Assembly (NCBI GenBank): GCA_032250835.1 | Contig: JAVVEA010000014.1 | Span: 1-64,000 of the forward strand | Source of the DNA: a bacterium | Lineage (GTDB): Bacteria; SAR324; XYD2-FULL-50-16 | Reading direction: 5' to 3' | DNA: 64,000 nt | Shown: positions 40,401 to 52,188 of the stretch, piece after piece | How the letters are laid out: each line of letters starts with the position of its first letter | Position numbering within the stretch: the stretch's first letter is position 1 | Made by a program: the position numbers and the translations under genes | The notes under the pieces: generated by a model | Databases searched by the model: none | What the model saw: only the letters and a program-made list of their open reading frames with translations | Told to the model about the DNA's origin: nothing

Positions 40401-40428
40401 CGGACGCAAACCGCTAGCTGCCCCTTAG
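40201..40428 (+). repeat. 228-bp direct repeat, left copy (3' end of hemerythrin-like gene + hairpin)
   Basis: Matches 46000-46227 with about 6 substitutions by hand alignment. Confidence 0.95.
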
Positions 40429-40455
40429 AATCAGAATCAGGTGACAGGAATCAAT

Positions 40456-40535
40456 AATCAGGTGGCAGTATGCTGATTTCCGATCAAATTTTAGGAACTG
40501 CACTGTTGCAAAAATAGGCATACTGCCACCCTATT
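40456..40535. repeat. 80-bp palindromic element A
   Basis: AATCAGGTGGCAGTATGC...GCATACTGCCACCCTATT; 64/80 identical to element B. Confidence 0.9.
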
Positions 40536-40812
40536 ACTATTGGTTTCATTCGCTGGGAGTGGGATTTTTATATTGATTAAAGATAACAAAAGAATAAATT
40601 CACTACCCCGTACCGGAACCGCCACCGAACTTTTTTTTGACATTTCCAAAGCTTTTGTGGAAACATCTGCCCTAGGGAAAATAGCCTATTCCTGATAAGG
40701 ATAATTCTTAATTTTACTTTTAAAGCGCCCAGGAAAAGCCGATTCCCTTGAAATAGCCGTTAAATCAACCGTTTTCTGTTAGGTGGACCATCTGTGTGAG
40801 GTGAGAAAATGA

Positions 40813-42324
40813 ATGCTTTTTATCCATTGGGTTTCGATAATGTTTTGGGTTACCTCCTGCGGCAACGCAAACCAGGGGGACCAAGGGACCGCTGCAAGCA
40901 GCGGGTATGAAGGGGGCAGCGGTGAAGACCACGAAGGCAGCGACGGCGGAACCGGCTCGACCCAAGGCACCAGTGAAGACCTTGCCGAACGGGGTAGCGA
41001 GTTGGGCGGAGCCGGAAACCTCCCGGCGGATGTTTTGCCCCGGTTGGTGAAAACCAAAGGCCCGATGAACAAGGTCTACTTCCACCCCAACCACATCCAA
41101 ACGGCCTCGATGATCACCGACGCCGATGGCCGGGTGCAAGCCCGCATCCGCCACTTGCCTTACGGTGAGGTAGACGTGCAAACGACGGTGGACGAAAAGC
41201 AATCGGCGACCCAATACGCCGCCTTCACGGGCCAGGAGATGGACGATTCTACGGGCTTGATCTACTACAACGCCCGTTATTACGACCCCAGCATCGGCCG
41301 CTTCATCAGCCCCGATTCGGTCATCGACGGCGACGGAACGGCGGCGATCCATTTCAACCGCTACGCCTACGTAGCCAACAATCCGATCAACTACAACGAC
41401 CCGACGGGGCACAACCTAGTGAAGTTCCAATTTTATAACGGAGGGACCGAATATGCGGTAACCCAAGCGCAATTGAGTAGTTATAACGAATATTATAGAA
41501 TCGATGGTAGGGGTGTCACAAAATCAGCGAATTGTTGGGGATGGAGTAGCTATTGTGAGTTGCTCTGGAGCGATTACCAGTCTGCCCTAGCCCAGGCCGA
41601 AGCCGACGCTCAGGCCGCTGAAGAAGCCGCAGCGGCAGCAGCTGCCGCCGCCGAAGCGGAAGCCGAGGCCCAAGCCGCAGCCGAAGAAGCCGCCCGCCTC
41701 GCCGAGTTGGAGCGCATCCGCTTAGAGCTGATCCGCCAAGGCAAGATAGACGCGGCCAACGCCTTTAAGGCCAACTACAAAACGCTGTTGCACAGTGGTA
41801 CGGACCTTTCGCAGTACTCCGCCAGTTCGGAGACTCAAGGTACTTACGAAGGCTCCGAGGGAGTAAAGCCTTCTGGTGATTTCAGGGACGCGGCCCGCAC
41901 TTCAGAGTTTTGGTTAGCAGTTGCTGTTGTTGTCGCGGTGGTAATAATATTTTTCTGCGCTCCGTGTGCTGCCGCTATTGGCCCGACTTTTCTTGGTACC
42001 GTGGGCGGTGCAATTGGCGGAGCCGTGTATGGTTGGGGGAGCGGAATCAACGTGAAGCACTATAGCGGAGAAGATTTATCGAATTACATAACAGAAAATG
42101 CGTTGATCGGAGCTTCTATCGGCGGGTTGTATGATGCTGGTTTTGCAGTAAAAGGCTTGATGAAAGACGGATTTCCTCTCTGGGAAAGTGTAGCCAGCGT
42201 TGGTATTTCCGGCTACTTGAAAGGTAAAGTGGCATCTGCTTCTTCTTTGCATCACAACGCTGCGAGTGCTGTCAGCTCGGCTGGCAGCACTATAAAGAGT
42301 GCAGGTAAAGCACTGGGTTTTTAA
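40813..42324 (+). CDS. Rhs-core protein without YD shell; lipobox-like N-terminus; C-terminal Ala/Glu helix, TM helix and glycine-zipper region
   Basis: FWVTSC; YFHPNHIQT..ITDADG, LPYGE, FTGQEMD..TGLIYYNARYYDPSIGRFISPD, NRYAYVANNPINYNDPTG. Confidence 0.88.
   Translation: MLFIHWVSIMFWVTSCGNANQGDQGTAASSGYEGGSGEDHEGSDGGTGSTQGTSEDLAERGSELGGAGNLPADVLPRLVKTKGPMNKVYFHPNHIQTASMITDADGRVQARIRHLPYGEVDVQTTVDEKQSATQYAAFTGQEMDDSTGLIYYNARYYDPSIGRFISPDSVIDGDGTAAIHFNRYAYVANNPINYNDPTGHNLVKFQFYNGGTEYAVTQAQLSSYNEYYRIDGRGVTKSANCWGWSSYCELLWSDYQSALAQAEADAQAAEEAAAAAAAAAEAEAEAQAAAEEAARLAELERIRLELIRQGKIDAANAFKANYKTLLHSGTDLSQYSASSETQGTYEGSEGVKPSGDFRDAARTSEFWLAVAVVVAVVIIFFCAPCAAAIGPTFLGTVGGAIGGAVYGWGSGINVKHYSGEDLSNYITENALIGASIGGLYDAGFAVKGLMKDGFPLWESVASVGISGYLKGKVASASSLHHNAASAVSSAGSTIKSAGKALGF
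41114..42061 (+). repeat. 948-bp near-identical duplication, copy 1 (copy 2 at 43085-44032)
   Basis: Constant offset of 1971 bp; the few substitutions I saw cluster near the 5' end. Confidence 0.95.
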
Positions 42325-42343
42325 TACCCGAGCTTGATTAATG

Positions 42344-42371
42344 GAACCTATGCGAGGAATCGCATAGGTTC
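42344..42371 (+). other. Perfect 12-bp hairpin between Rhs gene 1 and lipoprotein 1
   Basis: GAACCTATGCGA-GGAA-TCGCATAGGTTC. Confidence 0.7.
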
Positions 42372-42420
42372 TTGAACGCAACTTACCTTGTGTTTAAGCC
42401 TATTTGCAAAGGAACAGAAT

Positions 42421-43056
42421 ATGGAAAGGGTCAAAACGGAACAACAAATGGCCAAAATGTTTCAGACACTACGGTGCTGGGCCTATAAATATGCTGGGGC
42501 TGCTTTCTATGTAATAATGTTTGTTGGCTGTGCGCAGGTGTCGGACATTTACATGAATTACGATATGAAGAAGCCAAAAAGCGAAATCTGCACCCTGTTC
42601 ACAAAGGGACAAAAAACTGTCAGAACGGATGTAAACCAATTTTTTGGAGTCGACTTGATTGCTGTAGATGGCCAACTCATGCGGAACAGCAAGTTAATTC
42701 GAAAGGGAGAAACTAGTCCTCGGTATATTTCGGAACAAGACCCCTATATCCTCTATGGTGGCAAACAATATGAGTTTTCGATTGTGGAGGCCAGACTTAC
42801 CCCTGGTATTCATGATTTGGAAGTTCAATATCTTACAAATGGATTGCTTCCCGGACAGTTTCTGTATGCTAAAGTCAAGTTTATCAATTGGGAATGCAAG
42901 GCTGGGGAGCGGTACTACATATACAGTTCCAACGATGAGGTATTCAACCATTGGGGCGAACACAGATATTGGATAGAGGACGAGAATCAGGTTCTTTGGG
43001 AAGGCTGGAAATATCGATCAATAAATGAATTTACTTTTGATTTGTCCGGCCCCTAG
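42421..43056 (+). CDS. Lipoprotein, candidate immunity protein 1
   Basis: AAGGA RBS; lipobox FVGC-AQVSDIY; paralogous to the ORFs at 44555 and 45246. Confidence 0.75.
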   Translation: MERVKTEQQMAKMFQTLRCWAYKYAGAAFYVIMFVGCAQVSDIYMNYDMKKPKSEICTLFTKGQKTVRTDVNQFFGVDLIAVDGQLMRNSKLIRKGETSPRYISEQDPYILYGGKQYEFSIVEARLTPGIHDLEVQYLTNGLLPGQFLYAKVKFINWECKAGERYYIYSSNDEVFNHWGEHRYWIEDENQVLWEGWKYRSINEFTFDLSGP

Positions 43057-43084
43057 GCATCTTCTAGAGTTCAGATTAGAGTCT

Positions 43085-44322
43085 TCACCGACGCCGATGG
43101 CTGGGTGCAGGCCCGCATCCGCCACTTGCCTTACGGTGAGGTAGACGTGCAAACGACGGTAGACCAGAAGCAATCGGCGACCCAATACGCCGCCTTCACG
43201 GGCCAGGAGATGGACGATTCTACGGGCTTGATCTACTACAACGCCCGTTATTACGACCCCAGCATCGGCCGCTTCATCAGCCCCGATTCGGTCATCGACG
43301 GCGACGGAACGGCGGCGATCCATTTCAACCGCTACGCCTACGTAGCCAACAATCCGATCAACTACAACGACCCGACGGGGCACAACCTAGTGAAGTTCCA
43401 ATTTTATAACGGAGGGACCGAATATGCGGTAACCCAAGCGCAATTGAGTAGTTATAACGAATATTATAGAATCGATGGTAGGGGTGTCACAAAATCAGCG
43501 AATTGTTGGGGATGGAGTAGCTATTGTGAGTTGCTCTGGAGCGATTACCAGTCTGCCCTAGCCCAGGCCGAAGCCGACGCTCAGGCCGCTGAAGAAGCCG
43601 CAGCGGCAGCAGCTGCCGCCGCCGAAGCGGAAGCCGAGGCCCAAGCCGCAGCCGAAGAAGCCGCCCGCCTCGCCGAGTTGGAGCGCATCCGCTTAGAGCT
43701 GATCCGCCAAGGCAAGATAGACGCGGCCAACGCCTTTAAGGCCAACTACAAAACGCTGTTGCACAGTGGTACGGACCTTTCGCAGTACTCCGCCAGTTCG
43801 GAGACTCAAGGTACTTACGAAGGCTCCGAGGGAGTAAAGCCTTCTGGTGATTTCAGGGACGCGGCCCGCACTTCAGAGTTTTGGTTAGCAGTTGCTGTTG
43901 TTGTCGCGGTGGTAATAATATTTTTCTGCGCTCCGTGTGCTGCCGCTATTGGCCCGACTTTTCTTGGTACCGTGGGCGGTGCAATTGGCGGAGCCGTGTA
44001 TGGTTGGGGGAGCGGAATCAACGTGAAGCACTTAAGTGGGGAGGAGTTGAGTGCTTACATAGTTGAAAACGCGATGATCGGGGCATCGATTGGTGGGCTA
44101 TACGATGGATATAAAGCGATTGAAGGGGGGAGTACCATTGCGTATGAACTGATGAAAGGTTACGTGAACGGAGGCATAGTTGCTGGCTCGGCTCTGCAGC
44201 AAAACCTTACGAGCGGGGCTACGGCAGTCGGAAAGACAATAGGAAGTGTGGGGAAGTCATCTGTAAGCAGCGTTGGGGGTGGAGTTTCTCCAGTGAAGGA
44301 TTTAATCAAAAACTTAATGTAA
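43085..44322 (+). pseudogene. Orphan (5'-truncated) Rhs-core module with alternative C-terminal tip; ORF 43105-44322
   Basis: Starts inside the core at TDADG; no RBS or signal; shares sequence with copy 1 until 44032, then a different 96-aa tail. Confidence 0.8.
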
Positions 44323-44554
44323 GTGGCTTAACCCGAAGCCGATAGCAGTGTTGGCTATCCTGATTTGCCTTTCGCTTCATTGAGGATGTATTTTGGAGTG
44401 ATTTTAGAAATTATTCTCATAAAACTGAGGACCCGATCAACCTGTTGCCCTCAATGTGATTTAGATGAAGTAGGCGTTATTTAGGTGCTTTCGGTTTCGA
44501 AAGTAAAAAACGTTGGGGTTTACGCTAAAAACTCTTTTAAAATGGATTGCAGCA

Positions 44555-45181
44555 ATGACCCATCAGGCCAATAGACGACTTCAGCCGAATAGTGTTTTTC
44601 ATTTCATTGCAGCATCGTTGCTTTGCTTGGTGACTTCCTGCATGGCTCCGGTTTCGGATACTTATTTGAATTATCCAGAACCAAAAGCCGATAGCGAAGT
44701 CTGCATCGTCAAAACCTCACCGGGAGAGCAGACTGTTAGGACCGATGTGAAATCGGTACAAAACGGGGAGTTTTATTCGGTAGATAGTCAGTTGATGCGT
44801 ACCAGCAAACTGGTTCGATATGGGGAGACTTTGCCGAGAAATATTTCTGAAAGTGACCCCCAACTTTGGACCTACGAAGGCACCAAACATCCCTATCATG
44901 TTTATAAATTGAAATTAACCCCTGGAAGGTACCAATTAGTTGCCATTTTTCCCTACGAGTTAGACTCTATCCTAGAGCATAAATTGCATGATAAAATCAC
45001 CCTTAAAAACTTTGATTGCAAAGCAGGGGAGAGCTATCGTTTGTTTTATTCGTTGGATAAATTTCCTGAAAAGGAGGGCATGCGTCTTTTTTGGATGGAA
45101 GGGGAGCAGGGGGTAATTTGGGAAAGATGGAAACACAAAACTCAACGCGAAGCCTTGTTTGATCTCTCAGATGTTAAATAG
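44555..45181 (+). CDS. Lipoprotein, candidate immunity protein 2
   Basis: Lipobox VTSC-MAPVSDTY; VDSQLMR.SKL.R.GET.PR.ISE.DP, LTPG, CKAG..Y. Confidence 0.75.
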   Translation: MTHQANRRLQPNSVFHFIAASLLCLVTSCMAPVSDTYLNYPEPKADSEVCIVKTSPGEQTVRTDVKSVQNGEFYSVDSQLMRTSKLVRYGETLPRNISESDPQLWTYEGTKHPYHVYKLKLTPGRYQLVAIFPYELDSILEHKLHDKITLKNFDCKAGESYRLFYSLDKFPEKEGMRLFWMEGEQGVIWERWKHKTQREALFDLSDVK

Positions 45182-45245
45182 ATTATTTGAGGACGCAAAT
45201 TGAGGCCACAAACAGAGCGAATTCATGGTGAAATGAGCCAAAAAA

Positions 45246-45875
45246 ATGGATATGCAAAAGTTAAAAGAAAAGTTGGTTAGGAGCGGTTCCTATACGGGTA
45301 TGGCCCTCTTGTTTGCGGTCCTTTCGGCTTGCTCGCCGGTTTCGGATATTTACCTCAACTATGATGGGACCAAGCCGAAAAGTGAGGTATGCACCCTGCG
45401 GACTCAAGGAACCCACAGCATAAGAACGGATGTGGACCGGAAATATGGCATGAAGCTCATCGCTGTGGACGGTCAATTGATGCGCGATAGCCAGTTGATC
45501 CGGGTTGGAGAAACCACGCCGCGGTATATTTCAGAAAATGATCCCTATTTTGTTCAAGGTGGAGAACGACATTACCTTGTGACGGTTGTCGAAGCTCGGC
45601 TAACGCCAGGAAAGCACGATTTTGAAGTAGCCAACTTCACCGGTGGAAGCGGACCTCTCCCTGGGCAAATAGCGATCGACCACATAAAGTTTCTTAATTG
45701 GAATTGTAAAGCAGGCGTTACCTACCAAGTATTTTATTCCAACGACGAAGTTTTCGGTCATTTGCGTGAGTACAAATATTGGATTGAGGACGAAAACCGA
45801 GTTCTTTGGGAAGGGTGGAAACGTCTTTCGGTCCAAAATGTTACCTATGATTTGAGCAAAATTAAGGCACCTTGA
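45246..45875 (+). CDS. Lipoprotein, candidate immunity protein 3 (no adjacent Rhs tip)
   Basis: Lipobox LSAC-SPVSDIY; closest to lipoprotein 1 (IAVDGQLMR, VEARLTPG, YSNDEVF, YWIEDEN.VLWEGWK). Confidence 0.78.
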   Translation: MDMQKLKEKLVRSGSYTGMALLFAVLSACSPVSDIYLNYDGTKPKSEVCTLRTQGTHSIRTDVDRKYGMKLIAVDGQLMRDSQLIRVGETTPRYISENDPYFVQGGERHYLVTVVEARLTPGKHDFEVANFTGGSGPLPGQIAIDHIKFLNWNCKAGVTYQVFYSNDEVFGHLREYKYWIEDENRVLWEGWKRLSVQNVTYDLSKIKAP

Positions 45876-45919
45876 ACGGGCCAACATGTTTTACCTGCTT
45901 GTCATCGGGTGCCCAAAAA

Positions 45920-45999
45920 AATTAGGTGACAGCATACTGATTTCCGATCAAATTTCATGAACTGCGTTGTCGAGAAAATAGGCATGCTGTCGCCTGATT
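45920..45999. repeat. 80-bp palindromic element B
   Basis: AATTAGGTGACAGCATAC...GCATGCTGTCGCCTGATT; abuts the right direct repeat exactly. Confidence 0.9.
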
Positions 46000-46227
46000 A
46001 TGACTACTTACAACGCAGCCTGAGCGAGCTCAGTCAAGCCTCTTCCCATCTCCCCTCCGGCCAGCTAGAAACCCGCAGTTTGGAGATCTTCGAATATTGG
46101 ATCTACCAGCATATGAACCACAAAGACCGGGCATTAGCCCAATGGCTCTGCGACCAAAATAAATTTTGCCAGCTCTACCTCCCCGTTCTCTGCGATTAGC
46201 GGACGCAAACCGCTAGCTGCCCCTTAG
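46000..46227 (+). repeat. 228-bp direct repeat, right copy (truncated hemerythrin-like 3' end)
   Basis: Matches 40201-40428. Confidence 0.95.
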
Positions 46228-46509
46228 GCCCTCAAATGATAAACGGACGCTTTGGCTTCTTGGCTAAGCTTTCTTCATCCCCCATCCAAAAGGCTCCACC
46301 GGGCCGTCTGTGGGCCTGCCCAAACACCTACTGACGGGTCTTTGATCTGATCTTAAAGGAGGTTGTCCGGCTATCACCCGCTCTTTGTGGGGATACCTTT
46401 TGGGTTAGCTTGGCAAAGGGGTCAAATAGTGGTGAAATCTGGACATATTTCTGACATACTCACCGGGGTAAACAGGCGAACAGCGTGGGATCATAGGAAG
46501 AGTAGGGAC

Positions 46510-49517
<3,008 letters not shown>

Positions 49518-49521
<4 letters not shown>

Positions 49522-50057
49522 GGCGTCTGCTCTGTGGGCTGGGCCTGCTTTGGTTGCTCGCTGCTTGCAGCCACCCAATGCCGCCCGAGCCGGTTCCCTT
49601 GAGCCGCGGCGCTTCCTTTGAGTTGATGCCGCCCGCTTCTTACGGGGCCGATTTAGCGGTGCAACATCAAGTCACGTTGATTCAAGCAGATCAAGAGCGC
49701 CAGTGGGTGGTGCTCTTGGAAATTGAGGGGGATCAACTGGCTATGGCGGCTTTGGGGCCCATGGGGCAGCCTTTACTGAGCTTGACTTGGGGGCCCGAAG
49801 GCTTAAGCGAGCAGAGCCCCTTGCCGTTGCCCGTGGAAGGGCGCTTCGTTTTGGCGGACCTGCAACTGGCCCTTTGGCCTCACCTAAGTGGCTTGAAGGG
49901 GCTGCATCTGGAAGAAAGTGCCACCGAACGCCGATTTTTTTCAGCCCAAAAGGAACTGATACGGATCACCTACTATCCCCAACGCGTGGGTTTTAAGTGG
50001 CTTCAAATCCAACACTTTGAGCGGAACTACCGGCTCAAGATTACCGCCTTAGACTAG
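49518..50057 (+). CDS. DUF3261-like lipoprotein (aryl-polyene-cluster type)
   Basis: LAAC lipobox; [12 protein letters not shown]....Y.L.I. Confidence 0.7.
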
Positions 50058-50779
50058 GTCAAGCCGCCGTCTAAAGAAATCACTTGCCCGGTCAGATAGC
50101 CTGCTTGGGGGCTGAATAAATAAGACACCAAAGCGGCCACCTCTTCGGGCTGGCCCAGCCTCCCGGCGGGGATTTGTTTGAGCAACAGGCTTAGGTCCAA
50201 CCCTTCGATCATTTCCGTCTCAATCAAGCCCGGAGCCACGGCGTTGACGGTGATCTTGCGGCTCGCCAATTCTAAAGCCAAGCTTTTGACTAAGCCGATC
50301 AGGCCCGCCTTGCTGGCCCCATAGTTGGCTTGGCCTTTGTTGCCCTTAAGGGCGGTCACCGAAGAAAGCGCCACAATGCGCCCGCCCTGGCGGGTTTTGA
50401 TCATCGGCAGGATCAAGGGATGCAAGACGTTATAAGCGCCGCCTAGGTTGGTGCCCAAGACCCGGTCCCAATCTTCGCCCGGCATAGCCGCAAAAAGGCC
50501 ATCGGCAGCAATACCCGCCGAAAGCAGCACCCCATAAAAAGCCCCATGTTCGGCTAGGAAACGCTCCAGGGCGGCCCGGCAGGCCTGACGGTCACTGACA
50601 TCAAAAGCCAGCAGTTGGGCTTGGCCCCCGGCGGCTTGGATCTCTGCGGCCACCTGGGCTGCTTGGTCTTGGTTTTGGCGGCAGTTTAGGGCCACCGAAA
50701 ATCCGTCTGCCGCCAACCGGCGGGCGGCGGCTGCGCCGATTCCCCGGCTGGCACCGGTGATCAATACCCAAAGAGTCAT
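50054..50779 (-). CDS. fabG: 3-oxoacyl-ACP reductase (FabG-like, aryl-polyene-cluster type)
   Basis: ITGASRGIG, NYGASKAG, ELASRKITVNAVAPGLIET. Confidence 0.88.
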   Translation of the reverse strand: MTLWVLITGASRGIGAAAARRLAADGFSVALNCRQNQDQAAQVAAEIQAAGGQAQLLAFDVSDRQACRAALERFLAEHGAFYGVLLSAGIAADGLFAAMPGEDWDRVLGTNLGGAYNVLHPLILPMIKTRQGGRIVALSSVTALKGNKGQANYGASKAGLIGLVKSLALELASRKITVNAVAPGLIETEMIEGLDLSLLLKQIPAGRLGQPEEVAALVSYLFSPQAGYLTGQVISLDGGLT

Positions 50780-52188
50780 CGTCTTTTTCTCCCCATTAAA
50801 GAAACCCGCCGGACTACCTGGGGGTCTAGTAAGTCCCAAGCCGGACCCCGGTAGCCTCGCTCAAAGAGCTGGTTGAGTAGAGCTTGGTTCGGTGCCGGTC
50901 CCAATCCGGGGACCTGCCAAAAAGAATCGCCTTGGGCTAGTTGCTGCAACCGGGCTCGAACTGGCTCTTGGCCGATCTTAGGTGAAAGATAAAAACGTGG
51001 TTCACGCAGGTCGTCGGTCCGGTCAATCAAGCCATCGGCAAGGGCGCGTTGGGCGAGTTGCGTGTTGGGGAAGATGCGGGGCCCCAAAAAGGCAATGGCG
51101 GCGGTGGGGCGGTGTTGTTCAAAAAGTTCCAAGGTGGCTTCAAAGCTTTCTTCGTCTTCGTCTGGACCCATAAAAATCAGGTAATGTGCCGCCGGTAGAC
51201 CGGCCTGATTGCAGGCCTCGATGCTGCGGCGGATGTCTTGGGGGCTGAAGTCTTTTTGCAGGCCCGCTAGCGTCTTGGGGTGGGCCGCATCGGTGCCAAA
51301 TTCCAAGCCGAGACAGCCGCTTTCTCGGAATAGTTCGGCTAGTCTTTGGTCGAAGCCCCGGGGGCTGGCAAAGGCGTACCAGCCAATATCCAGCCGGGCC
51401 TTGATGAGCGCCTGGGCCAGTTCGGCCGCCTGATGGGTGGGGTGGTTGAAGACATCATCCACAAAAAACACCGGCCCCTTGAGCCCCCGCTCCTTCAGTG
51501 CGGCCAAATCCCGCACCACCGAAGCGGTCGGACGGGTCGAAGTCGCGGTGCCGCTGATCGCCGGGTAGGTGCAGTAGGAACATTTAAAGGGGCATCCTCG
51601 TTTGGTCAAGACGTTGACCAGCCCGCGCCGGGCCTCGTATTGTTCTAGGTCAATCAAGCCATAGCCCGCCGGTTGGTCAAAGGCGGCGGCGGTTTTGGGG
51701 TTTTGGTGCCAGGTCTCTCCTTCTATCCAGCAAAGCCCCGGCACCTGGGTCATGGGTTGGTTTTGGGCCAGGGCGTCTAAAAAGCTCAAGATCGACCCTT
51801 CCCCCGGTCCGACCACCCCCCACTGGGCCCCCGAAAGCTGCAAGATCAACTGAGGCATGATGGAAAACCCACTGCCGCCCAAGATACGCGGTGCGGGCGA
51901 TAACTGCCCACAAAGCTGGATCAGCCGGAGGATCCGGGGTAGGTAGTGGGTTTGTTGGATCAAGGAGACATTGTCAATATTGCGGATAGAAAAGGCGACC
52001 ACCTGGGGCTCCAAGTCGGTGATGGCTGCTTCGAGCTCTGCCGCGCCCTCCCCTGGGGCAAAACAGAGGTCTAAAAAAGTAAGCTCGTGGCCCGCCGAGG
52101 CGACGGCCTGACCGATGTAGGAGGCACCTAAAGGTGGCACAGGGTAGGGGAAGTGCTCGTTGTTGACGGCGACTAAAAGAACTTTCAT
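50776..52188 (-). CDS. B12-binding radical SAM protein, lipid-biosynthesis associated type
   Basis: YPVPPLG, SIRNIDN, RGCPFKCSYC, FFVDDVFN. Confidence 0.9.
   Translation of the reverse strand: MKVLLVAVNNEHFPYPVPPLGASYIGQAVASAGHELTFLDLCFAPGEGAAELEAAITDLEPQVVAFSIRNIDNVSLIQQTHYLPRILRLIQLCGQLSPAPRILGGSGFSIMPQLILQLSGAQWGVVGPGEGSILSFLDALAQNQPMTQVPGLCWIEGETWHQNPKTAAAFDQPAGYGLIDLEQYEARRGLVNVLTKRGCPFKCSYCTYPAISGTATSTRPTASVVRDLAALKERGLKGPVFFVDDVFNHPTHQAAELAQALIKARLDIGWYAFASPRGFDQRLAELFRESGCLGLEFGTDAAHPKTLAGLQKDFSPQDIRRSIEACNQAGLPAAHYLIFMGPDEDEESFEATLELFEQHRPTAAIAFLGPRIFPNTQLAQRALADGLIDRTDDLREPRFYLSPKIGQEPVRARLQQLAQGDSFWQVPGLGPAPNQALLNQLFERGYRGPAWDLLDPQVVRRVSLMGRKRR

Larger units (their letters stand above)
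40429..45999. mobile_element. Hairpin-bounded Rhs/lipoprotein cassette with no encoded recombinase
   Basis: Begins AATCAG and ends CTGATT; 80-bp hairpins at both ends; flanked by 228-bp direct repeats; partly lower-GC cargo. Confidence 0.7.

Noticed and set aside
40398-40428. GGACGCAAA as part of a c-di-GMP riboswitch
   Set aside because: It is only the loop of a short TAGCGG/CCGCTA hairpin at a gene end; the other riboswitch stems are absent.
40765-43383. Antisense ORFs MPRRVVVVDR (two copies) and other long shadow ORFs in GC-rich genes
   Set aside because: They are reverse-frame shadows of well-supported genes, duplicated only because the Rhs core is.
40456-45999. Integron cassette array or CRISPR
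   Set aside because: Only two hairpins, 5.4 kb apart, with no attC core motifs, no spacers, and no intI or cas genes.
45957-46199. 80-aa ORF as an independent gene
   Set aside because: It is a chimera of hairpin B and the duplicated hemerythrin 3' end.
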